64,000 nucleotides of DNA from Acidobacteriota bacterium (lineage in GTDB: Bacteria; Acidobacteriota; UBA6911). Each line of letters starts with the position of its first letter. The first letter of the stretch is position 1. This document shows positions 37,676-47,385 of the stretch, one piece after another. The DNA lies in contig OY761556.1 of assembly GCA_963664705.1 (NCBI GenBank), positions 2,816,001 through 2,880,000 of the forward strand. Reading direction: 5' to 3'. The translations under genes were made by a program, and so were the position numbers. Under the pieces are notes generated by a model. That model did not search any database and was not told the DNA's origin. It worked only from the letters and a program-made list of their open reading frames with translations.

Positions 37676-39724
37676 ATGAGCGATATACAGAAAGAGCTGC
37701 CGCTATTCGGCGAAACTGAATCTGAAGCAGAAACAGAAACCGCTTCTCCGGCGGCGCCGGTGAGCGGTCTGGGAGCTACCGGTGACGGGCCTCTCAAACA
37801 GCTCATGGATCAGAATTTTCTTCAGTACGCCGCCTACGTCATCCGCGATCGCGCCATTCCGGATATCGACGACGGGCTGAAACCCGTGCAGCGCCGCATC
37901 CTCTATTCGCTGCACCAGACCGATGACGGCAAGTTCATCAAGGTAGCCAATATCGTCGGGTACTGCATGCAGTTTCACCCGCATGGCGATGCGTCTATCG
38001 AGGAAGCGCTGGTCACGCTGGCCAATCGCCGCTACTTTATAGAGCGACAGGGCAATTTCGGGAACACGCTTACGGGAGATCCAGCCGCAGCATCCCGTTA
38101 CATCGAGTGCAGGCTGACCGATCTTGCGCGCGACGAAATTTTCAACGACGATCTAACCGATTTTGTCCCGACCTATGATGGACGCAGGGAGGAGCCGGTC
38201 ACCCTCCCCGCCAAGTTTCCCATCCTGTTGATGCTGGGCGCCGAGGGCATCGCCGTCGGAATTTCGACCCGCATCCTGCCTCACAACTTTCCCGAGCTTC
38301 TGGAAGCACAGATTGCAATCCTCGGGAAAAAGCCCTTCAGCGTAATGCCCGACTTCCCTCAGGGCGGCCTGATGGATACACAGGCTTACAAAAACGGGAA
38401 AGGCCACGTAATCGTCCGCGCAAAAATTGAAAAGAAGGACGATCGTACACTTGTGATCCGCGAAATCCCGGTCGGAACCACAACGGACTCCCTGACAGGG
38501 TCCATCGAAGACGCCGCCCGCAAAGGCAAAATCAAAATCAAAAGTATTAACGATTTTACCGCCGAACAGGTGGAAATCGAGATCCAGCTCCAGCAGGACC
38601 AGGATTTGGATCGCGCTACCGAGGCGCTGTATGCGTTTACCCAATGCCAGGTGCAGGTATCCAGCCGCATCGTAATAATCCGGGACAACAAGCCGGTCGA
38701 GATGGATGTCCCCTCTATCCTGAAATACAACACATCACGGCTTGTGAATATATTGCGGCGGGAGTTGCAGCGTAAAAGACGAAAATTGACGGAAGAAATG
38801 CACCACAAAACCCTGGTCCGCCTGTTCGTGGAAAATCGCATTTACAAAACGATCGAATCCTGCGATTCGACGCCTGCCATGCAGGATGCCGTTCTCGCAG
38901 GGTTGTCCCCCTATCGGGCAGAATTGCAGAGAGACATCACGCGCGAGGATGTGGAAGGTCTGCTTGGAATTGCCATCCGGCGCATTTCACTGCTTGATCT
39001 CGAAAAGAACCGAAGGGAAATTGAAAGTCTGCGCGCGGAACTGAGCGACGTGGAGGGGAACCTCGCGGAAATCGTACCTTATGCCATCCGATACCTGCGC
39101 AGTATCCTGCGCAAGTACGGAGACGAATACCCCAGGCGAACTCAACTGGCAACATTCGGCGAAATCTCGGAACGGGAATTGACCGCAAATGAACTGACGA
39201 TCAACTACGATCGCGAGAAAGGTTATGTCGGGTATAAGGTAACCGGCGAACCGCTGATCTCGTGTTCCCCGCTGGACCGTCTCCTGTTTGTCTGGAAGGA
39301 CGGCCGCTGCAAGGTCGTAGCGCCACCGGAGAAGATCTTCGTGGATTCCACGCTGATTTACTGGGCGATCCTCGAACGGGATCGTGTCATGACAGTCGTG
39401 TATGAACTCGATTTCTTCACCTATTACAAGAAATTCACCGTTGGCGGGCTGACAACGAATCGCGACTCCAGGCTCGCCCCCAAGGGCGCAAATATACGTT
39501 TCTTCGCAGACGATAGTCCCCCGGCACTGTACGTGCGCTATTCGGCCGACGCCCGCATCAAGATACGCCAGCAGCGCTATGCCGTAGACCGCCAACCGCT
39601 GCGCGGACGCGATGGTAAAGGCCTTGTCCTGACTGCCAACCTGATCGAATATATCGGCTCGGAAAAAGCCCCCGACTGGGATGATGATTTGACCGGTCCT
39701 CCCGGCAAATTCATCGAAAGCTGA
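37676..39724 (+). CDS. parC: DNA topoisomerase IV subunit A with short C-terminal domain
   Basis: RAIP...DGLKPVQRRIL, HPHGD, AAASRYIE (catalytic Tyr); no GyrA-box seen; 682 aa. Confidence 0.88.
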   Translation: MSDIQKELPLFGETESEAETETASPAAPVSGLGATGDGPLKQLMDQNFLQYAAYVIRDRAIPDIDDGLKPVQRRILYSLHQTDDGKFIKVANIVGYCMQFHPHGDASIEEALVTLANRRYFIERQGNFGNTLTGDPAAASRYIECRLTDLARDEIFNDDLTDFVPTYDGRREEPVTLPAKFPILLMLGAEGIAVGISTRILPHNFPELLEAQIAILGKKPFSVMPDFPQGGLMDTQAYKNGKGHVIVRAKIEKKDDRTLVIREIPVGTTTDSLTGSIEDAARKGKIKIKSINDFTAEQVEIEIQLQQDQDLDRATEALYAFTQCQVQVSSRIVIIRDNKPVEMDVPSILKYNTSRLVNILRRELQRKRRKLTEEMHHKTLVRLFVENRIYKTIESCDSTPAMQDAVLAGLSPYRAELQRDITREDVEGLLGIAIRRISLLDLEKNRREIESLRAELSDVEGNLAEIVPYAIRYLRSILRKYGDEYPRRTQLATFGEISERELTANELTINYDREKGYVGYKVTGEPLISCSPLDRLLFVWKDGRCKVVAPPEKIFVDSTLIYWAILERDRVMTVVYELDFFTYYKKFTVGGLTTNRDSRLAPKGANIRFFADDSPPALYVRYSADARIKIRQQRYAVDRQPLRGRDGKGLVLTANLIEYIGSEKAPDWDDDLTGPPGKFIES

Positions 39725-39853
39725 CGCGTTTCCCGCAAATCAGAAAATCTGAAATAAATCACGGCCTCCGGAAACAATGTCCCCGTGGACTGAATGAAAA
39801 CCGCTCCGTTGCGCTGGCTGAAATCAACGCCAACCCACCCGGGAGGACTGCAG

Positions 39854-40390
39854 ATGACAGCCTTACACCCAATGATCTCCTGCGGGAAAAACCAGGCCTT
39901 CCCGCTCGCCGGAACCCTGCACCAGATTGTATCCCTGAAACTGGCCGCCGCTTTGCTTCGCTACGTAGAACCACGCAACCTCGGGCAGATCATTCAGGCC
40001 CCCTTCCAGGTTGTCCTGTCCAGGGAAACCATCATCCAGCCGGATATTCTTTTTATCCGGAAAGGGCGTGTCGCGCTCATCGGCGATCACAGCCTGCATG
40101 GCACGCCGGATCTGATCATCGAAGTCATATCCCCGGAAACACGGCGGTACGATCGGCTGATTAAGAGAAAGATCTATTCATTATTTGAAGTAGCCGAGTA
40201 CTGGATCGTGGATCCATACCACCAGACAATCGAGGTACTGATCTGGAGCGAATGGGGATATGCGGAGGGCGGAGTTTACTTCAAATCAGATTACCTGGCG
40301 TCCTTCACCCTTCCAGGCTTCAGACTTCCGGCAAACAAAATATTCCCGCCTGATCGACACGGAACCACGGCGCCGCACCGACGAAGGTAA
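39854..40390 (+). CDS. Uma2 (DUF820) family PD-(D/E)xK endonuclease, N-terminus atypical
   Basis: HQ, QPDI, IIEVISP, D...K...Y, EYWIVDP; GGAGG SD before ATG 39854. Confidence 0.8.
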   Translation: MTALHPMISCGKNQAFPLAGTLHQIVSLKLAAALLRYVEPRNLGQIIQAPFQVVLSRETIIQPDILFIRKGRVALIGDHSLHGTPDLIIEVISPETRRYDRLIKRKIYSLFEVAEYWIVDPYHQTIEVLIWSEWGYAEGGVYFKSDYLASFTLPGFRLPANKIFPPDRHGTTAPHRRR

Positions 40391-40613
40391 CCCAAAAACT
40401 TCAATCTGGGCGTTTAAAACCATCTCTATCCAGAGACACAGTTTTCTGTATGTGTCCTGGTAGATCTCTCGTGAGAAACAAAACACCCTGGAGACGTATT
40501 TGCAAGGGAGGGCAGTGCCGATAAGAAATAATTTTTGAAACTGTCGGCCGCATTCGCCACTCTAATCCATTTTGTGACCAGCGCGGTCGCAAAGGGATTG
40601 TGGAATTAAGGAT

Positions 40614-42482
40614 TTGCAATTGTTAAATGTGAGATTTTTCCAGGATCTGAAGGCGGAACCACTGGGAAGAATTCAGTGGTTTTTCTTTTTTCTGTACCTA
40701 GCCCTAACCGGCAGTTTCTGCGGTCTGGAACTCGATACATACGTTTCCGATTTACCCTACTTTCAACTCAGCACCTTTCTGCTGCTGCTGAACGTAGCCG
40801 GCATCATGCTGCTCCCCCCGCTTCTATATGCGCTGACAGCGGAGAAGCGCTTTGCAGGCCGTATTGTCCTCATCGCAAATTCGGTTTATCTGCACCTGAT
40901 CGGCTTCCTGGCCCTTTACAAATCAACGCGAAAGATTGACTTCGACTTCAATTTTCTTCGCTACAACACGGCCGATGCCCTTCCGGCACTATGGAAGATT
41001 TATGCCCCGTGGCTGTTTGTCCTGGCCGGTTCCATGATGGCGGTTGTTTTTCTGCAGAAGAGCGCTTTCGCGCCCGTAAAAGCATTCGTACGAAAGTCAC
41101 GCGGGAAATATGGCTGGATACTGGTGGGAGCTTTCCTGGCAAGTATCTCCACACAAATCCTTACACTGCAAAGTGTCCGCGGATCCGCCGCGGGATTTCT
41201 GTACGCCAGTTTTCTGAGCGATCGACAGATACGCAATGAGTACCATGATTTCTACCGGAAGCATATCAACGCGCTTCGGTCGGAAAAACCGCGGGTCATT
41301 TCCCAGGGGCACCCGTCCATTCTGGGAGACGTGGTTTTCTTCGTCAAACAGGAAAGCCTGAACGGCCTGCTGGTTAGCCCGCAGATTACACCGCAGCTTT
41401 TGCGAGCGTCCCATGACGGCATTCTCTTCAAGGATTTCTACGGCAATTCCGTACAAAGTATTCGCGGGTATGAGTGCATTCTGTGTGGCGTACCGCCCAG
41501 CATTGACGGAGCTCTGATTGATGAATACGCACCGCAGGACCTGCAGGAACTAAGCTGCCTCCCGCGAATTTTCAAATCCCTCGGGTATCACCCCCTCTAC
41601 TTTTTCGGGGGAAGCCGAAACGCCCGGATTGTTCAGTTCGCGGAATCCATCGGCTTCGAGAAGGTACTGGCTGACGACATCATGCAGCCCGAGGATAAGA
41701 AATTTGACTGGGGATACAGGGAAGATGTCTTCTACTCCCGGGCATTTGAATATCTGCAGAGGTATCCTTCCGACGCCAAACTCTTCGTCTTCATGGATAC
41801 GGGCGCAACGAATCACGTTCCCTTCAGGGTCCTGGACCCGGCGTATCAGAGCAGGATTCCCTTCCCGGAACCTGAAAGTTTTTCAGAACACCTGTCGAAC
41901 ACTACCTTTGTTCAAGACGCATACTTCGGTCATTTCTATGATCTCTTCAAACAGCACTATGGATCCCGTGGTTCCATGGTGGTATCCAGCGACCACTCCT
42001 GGCCCATGTCGATTCATAAGAACAATATCTATAACGAGAGAGGTGCTTTCGAGGAAAACTTCCGCATAGCCATGCTTTTCGTCCCGCCTGAGGCCAAGAA
42101 GGAAAACTACTCCGTCGGTACCGTGGTTTCGGAGCGATTCAGTCAGATGGATATCTTTCCATCGATCCTGGATTTGGTTGGCCTGGAGCCGCAAAACCTG
42201 CTGGGGGAGTCCTTTGCGCCCTGGCTGCTGGCTTCCGAAAAAAACCGACGGGCAGAACCTCAACGGCCGAAAATACTGGTGCAGCCGTATGGGGGCGGAT
42301 TTATTTCCGCGGTGACGTACCCGGATAAATACGTCTTCAATGTACTGGGAAAGAACTACTCCGTGTACGATCTCGAAAAGGATCCGGAAGAGGCTGTGCC
42401 CGCTCTGTACAGCGACAATAGCCACGAATTCCTGATTAAAGAATTCTTTCATCCGGAAAGAATCAAGCTTGCCAGGAAGTAA
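40614..42482 (+). CDS. LTA synthase / sulfatase-like membrane protein
   Basis: N-terminal TM helices; ES, NHVPF, SDH and SQ.DI.PSIL alkaline-phosphatase-superfamily motifs. Start uncertain. Confidence 0.8.
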   Translation: MQLLNVRFFQDLKAEPLGRIQWFFFFLYLALTGSFCGLELDTYVSDLPYFQLSTFLLLLNVAGIMLLPPLLYALTAEKRFAGRIVLIANSVYLHLIGFLALYKSTRKIDFDFNFLRYNTADALPALWKIYAPWLFVLAGSMMAVVFLQKSAFAPVKAFVRKSRGKYGWILVGAFLASISTQILTLQSVRGSAAGFLYASFLSDRQIRNEYHDFYRKHINALRSEKPRVISQGHPSILGDVVFFVKQESLNGLLVSPQITPQLLRASHDGILFKDFYGNSVQSIRGYECILCGVPPSIDGALIDEYAPQDLQELSCLPRIFKSLGYHPLYFFGGSRNARIVQFAESIGFEKVLADDIMQPEDKKFDWGYREDVFYSRAFEYLQRYPSDAKLFVFMDTGATNHVPFRVLDPAYQSRIPFPEPESFSEHLSNTTFVQDAYFGHFYDLFKQHYGSRGSMVVSSDHSWPMSIHKNNIYNERGAFEENFRIAMLFVPPEAKKENYSVGTVVSERFSQMDIFPSILDLVGLEPQNLLGESFAPWLLASEKNRRAEPQRPKILVQPYGGGFISAVTYPDKYVFNVLGKNYSVYDLEKDPEEAVPALYSDNSHEFLIKEFFHPERIKLARK

Positions 42483-42716
42483 TCAGGATTGCGGATTTGA
42501 CTTTACCGCCATATCTTCGGCTTGAAACGCGATGCTCTTGTGCGTTCCATCGCAAAAGGGTTTTGTCGCTGAGGCGCCGCAGCGGCAGAGTGAAAAGCTT
42601 TCCTTTCCCGCCAGATCATAGCTGTTGCCATCGGCGTCGACCAATTCAACCGTGCCGGCAGGAGCTTCCACTCGATACGACCCGTTTCTCTTCACCGTGA
42701 TCTTTACAATCGCCAT
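42483..42716 (-). CDS. CDGSH iron-sulfur domain protein
   Basis: NG.Y, LCRCGASATKPFCDGTH; AAGGAG SD. Confidence 0.93.
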   Translation of the reverse strand: MAIVKITVKRNGSYRVEAPAGTVELVDADGNSYDLAGKESFSLCRCGASATKPFCDGTHKSIAFQAEDMAVKSNPQS

Positions 42717-42882
42717 ATTCCTCCTTGATCCGCTATCTGGCCTGACCCATGGGGGCATGGTTCCATGCCCGGCTCTCAGATTTTACTCTATCAGCACGCT
42801 CTGCAAAACCGCCGAATCGCCCGGGCCGGAGTGCATTGGGATTGGAACTTTGACCTAAAAATATCCAAAAGGCAGGTGCATA

Positions 42883-43380
42883 ATGGACTGCATGTGGAAT
42901 GAACAGAAGGTCATGAGAATAGGTCTGATTGCAGCGGTAATTCTGATTGTACTCCGGATAGTTCTGGAACAGTCCGGCGCCCCGTTCATGGCAGCAAGCA
43001 TCTTCGGCGTAGTCTGGCTCTATTTCATCCTGCCGGCGATGTTTGCCGTGGCCATAAGAAACCACTCGCAAACAAAACCCTTCGGCAGATTGATGAAAGA
43101 TGTTGTTTTGTTCGCCATCTACACTCGTGTGATGGTCGCAATGACCTATGTGATTGCGCACTATCTAAATTGGACTGCCGCCAGATTTTCCGCAGCGCAA
43201 GGAGGCACCGTCGGCCCCAGTATACAATCCGTGCAGACGCTTTTGTTCATTGCGGTCCGCAATGCGCTCATCTGGGTTGTAATGGCAACCATTATTGGCG
43301 CAATTGTAGGCTCGATTTCTCTTTATATTAAGGGAAAGAGGATGAATCGCACCAGCGTCCCGCCGAATGCTTCATACTGA
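42883..43380 (+). CDS. Hypothetical membrane protein (about 4 TM)
   Basis: Hydrophobic segments; fills the gap between genes. Confidence 0.7.
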   Translation: MDCMWNEQKVMRIGLIAAVILIVLRIVLEQSGAPFMAASIFGVVWLYFILPAMFAVAIRNHSQTKPFGRLMKDVVLFAIYTRVMVAMTYVIAHYLNWTAARFSAAQGGTVGPSIQSVQTLLFIAVRNALIWVVMATIIGAIVGSISLYIKGKRMNRTSVPPNASY

Positions 43381-43409
43381 TTTTAGGTTTCCTTATTCCG
43401 AAGCCAACA

Positions 43410-43449
43410 AATCTGGAATCTGAAATCTGGAATTTGGAATCTGAAATCC
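43410..43449 (+). repeat. Tandem heptamer array, AATCTG(G/A) x5
   Basis: AATCTGG-AATCTGA-AATCTGG-AATTTGG-AATCTGA-AATCC. Confidence 0.88.
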
Positions 43450-43493
43450 TTCAAAAAGGATGCGGCGAGACCGCTACTGCTCCTGACACGTCC

Positions 43494-44534
43494 TTAATTC
43501 CCAATGTACCGGGCGTATAGCGATTTCGCTATCCCCATGTCGTATGTGCCGTTGATTATCGCCCGTCCATCGGAAAAGACTGTCAGTTGATAACCATCGA
43601 TGGTTGCTCGAAGTAAAAAGCGGTTCTGCTCGAGGTGCGCCAGCGGTCCCAGTTTTTGGGCAATCGCGTCCAGGTTGATCCTGGTGCCATCCTGCCTGTA
43701 TATCTGCACGGAATTGCGGCCACACAACGTGGTTGCTTCCGCGCCCAGCATTCCATCAAGAAAGGGGAATTCCCGACGCCCGCAGCATGGGCAGTCGGGA
43801 CTCCTCTCCGGCAGCTCCACCATTTCATGCCGATTGATCCACAGGTCCAGGGAGCTGATTTTTCGGGATACATGCTCGCGCGCGCCGGACAGAATCTTCA
43901 TCGCCTCCGCCACCTGCATGGAGGCAACCATCCCGACAATCGGGCCGATGACGCCGGCTGTGTCACAGGACATGCCGACTCCGGCGGGGGGTTTGTTTTC
44001 AAAGATGCAGCGGAGGCAAGGCGTTTCGCCCGGCAGGATGGGAAAGGTCAATCCATTCGCACCCACGCAAGCCCCATAGACCCAGGGGATCCGATTTTTT
44101 ATGGAATAGTCGTTTACAAGATAGCGGACGTCGAAGTTGTCCGATCCATCCATGATCAAGTCGAATCCGCCGAGCAGCCGGTCAATCGACGAAGGATTGA
44201 CATCGTCCACGACGCCCTCAACTCTGACAAGCGAATTAACGAGCCGCAGCTTATTCTCGGCCGCCACTGCCTTCGGCAATACCGCGCGCACATCTTCTTC
44301 ATCAAACAGGATCTGACGCTGCAGATTGCTCTCGTCGACAAAATCGCGGTCAATGATGCGCAGCACACCCACTCCCGCACGCACAAGCATGGAAGCCTGC
44401 ACCGCACCAAGAGCCCCACAGCCAACCAGGGCGACGCGTGAAGCACAGATGCGCGCCTGGCCGTCACTTCCGATACCGTTAAACAGGATCTGGCGGGAAT
44501 AACGAGGATGTACGTTTCCGGTATCGCCGGTCAT
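43494..44534 (-). CDS. ThiF/MoeB family adenylyltransferase
   Basis: RYSRQ, GCGALG, D.D.V..SNLQRQ, DN...RY.VND, PC.RC, CDTAG, CPCC, LCGRN.VQ. Confidence 0.93.
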   Translation of the reverse strand: MTGDTGNVHPRYSRQILFNGIGSDGQARICASRVALVGCGALGAVQASMLVRAGVGVLRIIDRDFVDESNLQRQILFDEEDVRAVLPKAVAAENKLRLVNSLVRVEGVVDDVNPSSIDRLLGGFDLIMDGSDNFDVRYLVNDYSIKNRIPWVYGACVGANGLTFPILPGETPCLRCIFENKPPAGVGMSCDTAGVIGPIVGMVASMQVAEAMKILSGAREHVSRKISSLDLWINRHEMVELPERSPDCPCCGRREFPFLDGMLGAEATTLCGRNSVQIYRQDGTRINLDAIAQKLGPLAHLEQNRFLLRATIDGYQLTVFSDGRAIINGTYDMGIAKSLYARYIGN

Positions 44535-44536
44535 AT

Positions 44537-44917
44537 CTACTCCGATTCCAACAGTGAATTCATGACGCTGCACGATCGGCAGATTTTCATTTTCTCTTTC
44601 CAGCCGTGCTGCGGTTTCCCCTCGCACATGGTTCCATTGATAAACCAGCAGAGCGTCCCTGCCTTGAATTCCCAGGCCGGGCACTGGCGCTTCCGCTCCG
44701 GCGGGCACTGGCGCACGATCCAGCAGGCCTTTCTCCCCTTGCGACCTCCCTTCAGCGCCACCAGCAGCAGGATCTGGCTTTCTGCATGGGCCGGAACGCT
44801 CCGCCAGCCCTGCTCGTAGCTCTGGATGGCCTTTAGCGAAGTCTTCAGCAACTTCGCCATATCCGCCTGGGTCTTCCCCAAACGGGATCTGGCGTGGGCA
44901 AACTCATATTTATCCAT
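44537..44917 (-). CDS. XRE-type HTH protein fused to a Cys-rich two-CW domain
   Basis: TQADMA.LL..S...IQSYEQG.R HTH; CW....C......CPAW.....CW...GT.C...CRSC. Confidence 0.85.
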   Translation of the reverse strand: MDKYEFAHARSRLGKTQADMAKLLKTSLKAIQSYEQGWRSVPAHAESQILLLVALKGGRKGRKACWIVRQCPPERKRQCPAWEFKAGTLCWFINGTMCEGKPQHGWKEKMKICRSCSVMNSLLESE

Positions 44918-44994
44918 ACACCCTCACATTCGGCCCTATGGTTGTACCACACCGTGGGAGGATCCGACAACCGGAAGACGCAGCACGCCAATAT

Positions 44995-46362
44995 TTATGA
45001 AAAGATTTTTCCCGGATTGAGCAGTCCTTCCGGATCCAAGAGATTCTTGATCCGCCGCATCAGATCAAGGCTCTCTCCGTGTTCCGCGGCCAGAAAGCCT
45101 CGTTTCCCAATGCCTACGCCGTGTTCTCCCGTGCACGTCCCCTCAAACTCCAGTGCTTTTTCCACAATTCGACGGTTTGCCGTTTCCACTCTTTCCCAGC
45201 GCACTCTGTCGGAAGGCAAGTCCATTGCGATCACGTGAATGTTGCCGTCCCCCGCGTGCCCGAAAACGTAGGCAACAAGATCCTGCACTTCGTGTTTAAC
45301 AAATGCCACCATTTCGCTATAACAGGATAGCGGGACTGCGATGTCCATGATCAACGGCATCAACCCGGGGTGCTGCCGCTTGATGGATTCGAAGGTCAGG
45401 TGCCGCATCTCCCAAAGACGATCCCTTTCCGCCAACCCAAGCCCCTTGTCGATAAATGTGCTGCCGTTCTCCATGCAGATATCCTGAATATAGGCCATCT
45501 CTGCCCGGAGGCCCTCTTCACTGAAGCCATTGAATTCCATCAGAAGCGTGGGACTCTCCTGCATGGCAAGACCGCGATCCCTATTGAGCACACCAATGAC
45601 GTTGCTTTCGAGAAACTCCATCGCTCCCGGGGAGAACCCCGCGCTCATGACCTGAAATACGGTATTCGTCGCGTTCCGAGCCTCAGGAAAAGTGACGCGG
45701 AGCGCCATAAAGTTGGCCGGAAGCCCCACGAGTCTCAAAGTTGCTTCGGTGACCAGCCCGAGCGTCCCCTCCGAACCAACAAACAGATGGATAAGGTCAT
45801 AGCCCGATGAGCTCTTCCGTGCCCGGTTGCCAACCCTTATCACCTCTCCATCAGGAAGAACAACCACAAGCCTCAGGATATGATCTTTCGTTGCGCCATA
45901 TTTGACGGTCCGGATACCACTCGCATTGTTTCCTATCATCCCGCCGATTGTCGCCGCAGCCCCGGGATCCGGTGGGAAAAACAGGCCGTTTCTGCTGAGC
46001 GTTTTGTTGAGTTCCTTGTACACAACCCCCGCCTCCACATCCACCTGGAAATCCTCCGGACGGATGGAAAGCACCTTCTGCATTTGCTGGAAATCGATCA
46101 CCATTCCGCGTCGCACAGGAATCGGATTCCCCTCGAGACTCGTCCCCACGCCCCAGCCTGTAACCGGGATCCTTCGCTCGAAAGCATAGCGGACGATGCG
46201 GCGAACCTCCTCCGTACTGTGTGGCCAGACAACCGCCTCCGGCAGAACCGGCAGGTGGTAGGATTCGTCATGGGAGTGAAGACTTAAAACCGATTCGCCG
46301 GTTGAAACAAATGCCTCCCCCACAATAGACTTCAAATTCCGGAGATCATCCTGCGTTATCAT
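44995..46362 (-). CDS. FAD-linked oxidase/dehydrogenase (GlcD / D-lactate dehydrogenase family)
   Basis: GTSLEG, FPPDPG, GYDL..LF.GSEGTLG, GHAGDGNIH, GEHGVG, DP...LNPGK. Confidence 0.93.
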   Translation of the reverse strand: MITQDDLRNLKSIVGEAFVSTGESVLSLHSHDESYHLPVLPEAVVWPHSTEEVRRIVRYAFERRIPVTGWGVGTSLEGNPIPVRRGMVIDFQQMQKVLSIRPEDFQVDVEAGVVYKELNKTLSRNGLFFPPDPGAAATIGGMIGNNASGIRTVKYGATKDHILRLVVVLPDGEVIRVGNRARKSSSGYDLIHLFVGSEGTLGLVTEATLRLVGLPANFMALRVTFPEARNATNTVFQVMSAGFSPGAMEFLESNVIGVLNRDRGLAMQESPTLLMEFNGFSEEGLRAEMAYIQDICMENGSTFIDKGLGLAERDRLWEMRHLTFESIKRQHPGLMPLIMDIAVPLSCYSEMVAFVKHEVQDLVAYVFGHAGDGNIHVIAMDLPSDRVRWERVETANRRIVEKALEFEGTCTGEHGVGIGKRGFLAAEHGESLDLMRRIKNLLDPEGLLNPGKIFS

Positions 46363-46471
46363 CGTTGCTCCTCGCCTCATGGCAGAATCTACCCGCAACC
46401 ATGCGCATTCACAAATAGTTTTGTTGAGGATACAGGTTCAGTGCAGACGGCAAGGCAGGAAACAAGGATGC

Positions 46472-46529
46472 CAAAGGTGGCTGGCTACCTGATTCCCGCG
46501 CGCCGAAAACCAGGCGGCCGGCCACCTTT
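46472..46529. repeat. Imperfect inverted repeat AAAGGTGGCTGGCTACCTG / CAGGCGGCCGGCCACCTTT
   Basis: Read directly; intergenic, downstream of the small minus-strand ORF. Confidence 0.65.
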
Positions 46530-46592
46530 ACAAAAAGACCGCCCCAAAGGAAAGCGGCCTCGGTGAGGGATGTACGGTTCTATACGGCTTGG

Positions 46593-46793
46593 CTATCTCT
46601 TCCTAAGGATTGTGGCCAGGCAAATTCCCAAAAGGCTAAGGCCTGTCAGGATCGTGCAAAAAAGCAGAACAGAATTGAAGACACCTCCGGTTTCCAGGGA
46701 ATCACTCATCGTTTCGGCCTTCAGCACTGCGGTCTGGGACACAGTAATAAGGGCAATGACAAAAGCTGACCACATAAACCTCTTCATTCTCAT
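46593..46793 (-). CDS. Small membrane protein (signal peptide, short linker, TM, basic tail)
   Basis: MRMKRFMWSAFVIALITVSQTAVLKA-ETMSD...LSLLGICLATILRKR; GAGG SD and a sigma54-like promoter upstream. Confidence 0.6.
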   Translation of the reverse strand: MRMKRFMWSAFVIALITVSQTAVLKAETMSDSLETGGVFNSVLLFCTILTGLSLLGICLATILRKR

Positions 46794-46846
46794 AGCGGGC
46801 CCTCGCTGCAAAACGACCATTGGATTTTTGCGCTCTACTGCAATCA

Positions 46847-46863
46847 AGCAAATAATCGGCCAG
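46847..46863 (-). promoter_or_regulatory. Sigma54 (-24/-12) promoter CTGGCCGATTATTTGCT
   Basis: TGGC...TTGC with exact GG-N10-GC spacing, about 55 nt upstream of the small ORF. Confidence 0.65.
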
Positions 46864-46960
46864 TTTTGTATTCATGGCAAAAAAAGGGAGCCCTAACCGG
46901 ATAAGTAATAAGAAAATATGAATTTGCAGCCATCAAAATTATCCGCTCACACCTCTTTAT

Positions 46961-47088
46961 TGTAAACATTGTCAACGAATTGTAAACTCGTCCGACGAGG
47001 CATTTAGAAACTTCTATTCATGTATCCCATATCTATATGATTATATTAATTTTTCTTAACCACCATAAAATTGTAAAAAATCTTTACA
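46961..47088. promoter_or_regulatory. Three TGTAAA-N5-xxxAC(A/G) sites; candidate enhancer-binding-protein UASs
   Basis: 46961 TGTAAACATTGTCAACG, 46981 TGTAAACTCGTCCGACG, 47072 TGTAAAAAATCTTTACA (perfect arms), in AT-rich DNA. Confidence 0.6.
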
Positions 47089-47385
47089 CTCTGGAGTCGA
47101 GCGTTGACAATGCCCCCGGGATGAACGCCGAAAGCCGGCATTATTCCCAAGTTCGGGCTATGGCGAATATGTTTCAGCCGATGCCGGCCGGAATTCGGCT
47201 GGCGTGACATTTACGGCTGCGGCCCATGCCAGGCAGCGGTGCTCTGTGAAATTCGCAATCCCACATCCGGACAGCCACAGGAACTAGCCATTGCTTCCAG
47301 TTTGTGATTGCAATACCAGATCGTTTTTCCTATTCTCTTCCCACAATTTCATCGACATAGGAATTTGGGGCAGAGGGCCGCTGAT

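Noticed and set aside
42844-42870. GGAACTTT upstream of the 42883 gene as a third ECF promoter
   Set aside because: No GTGTTT -10 element at the required spacing.
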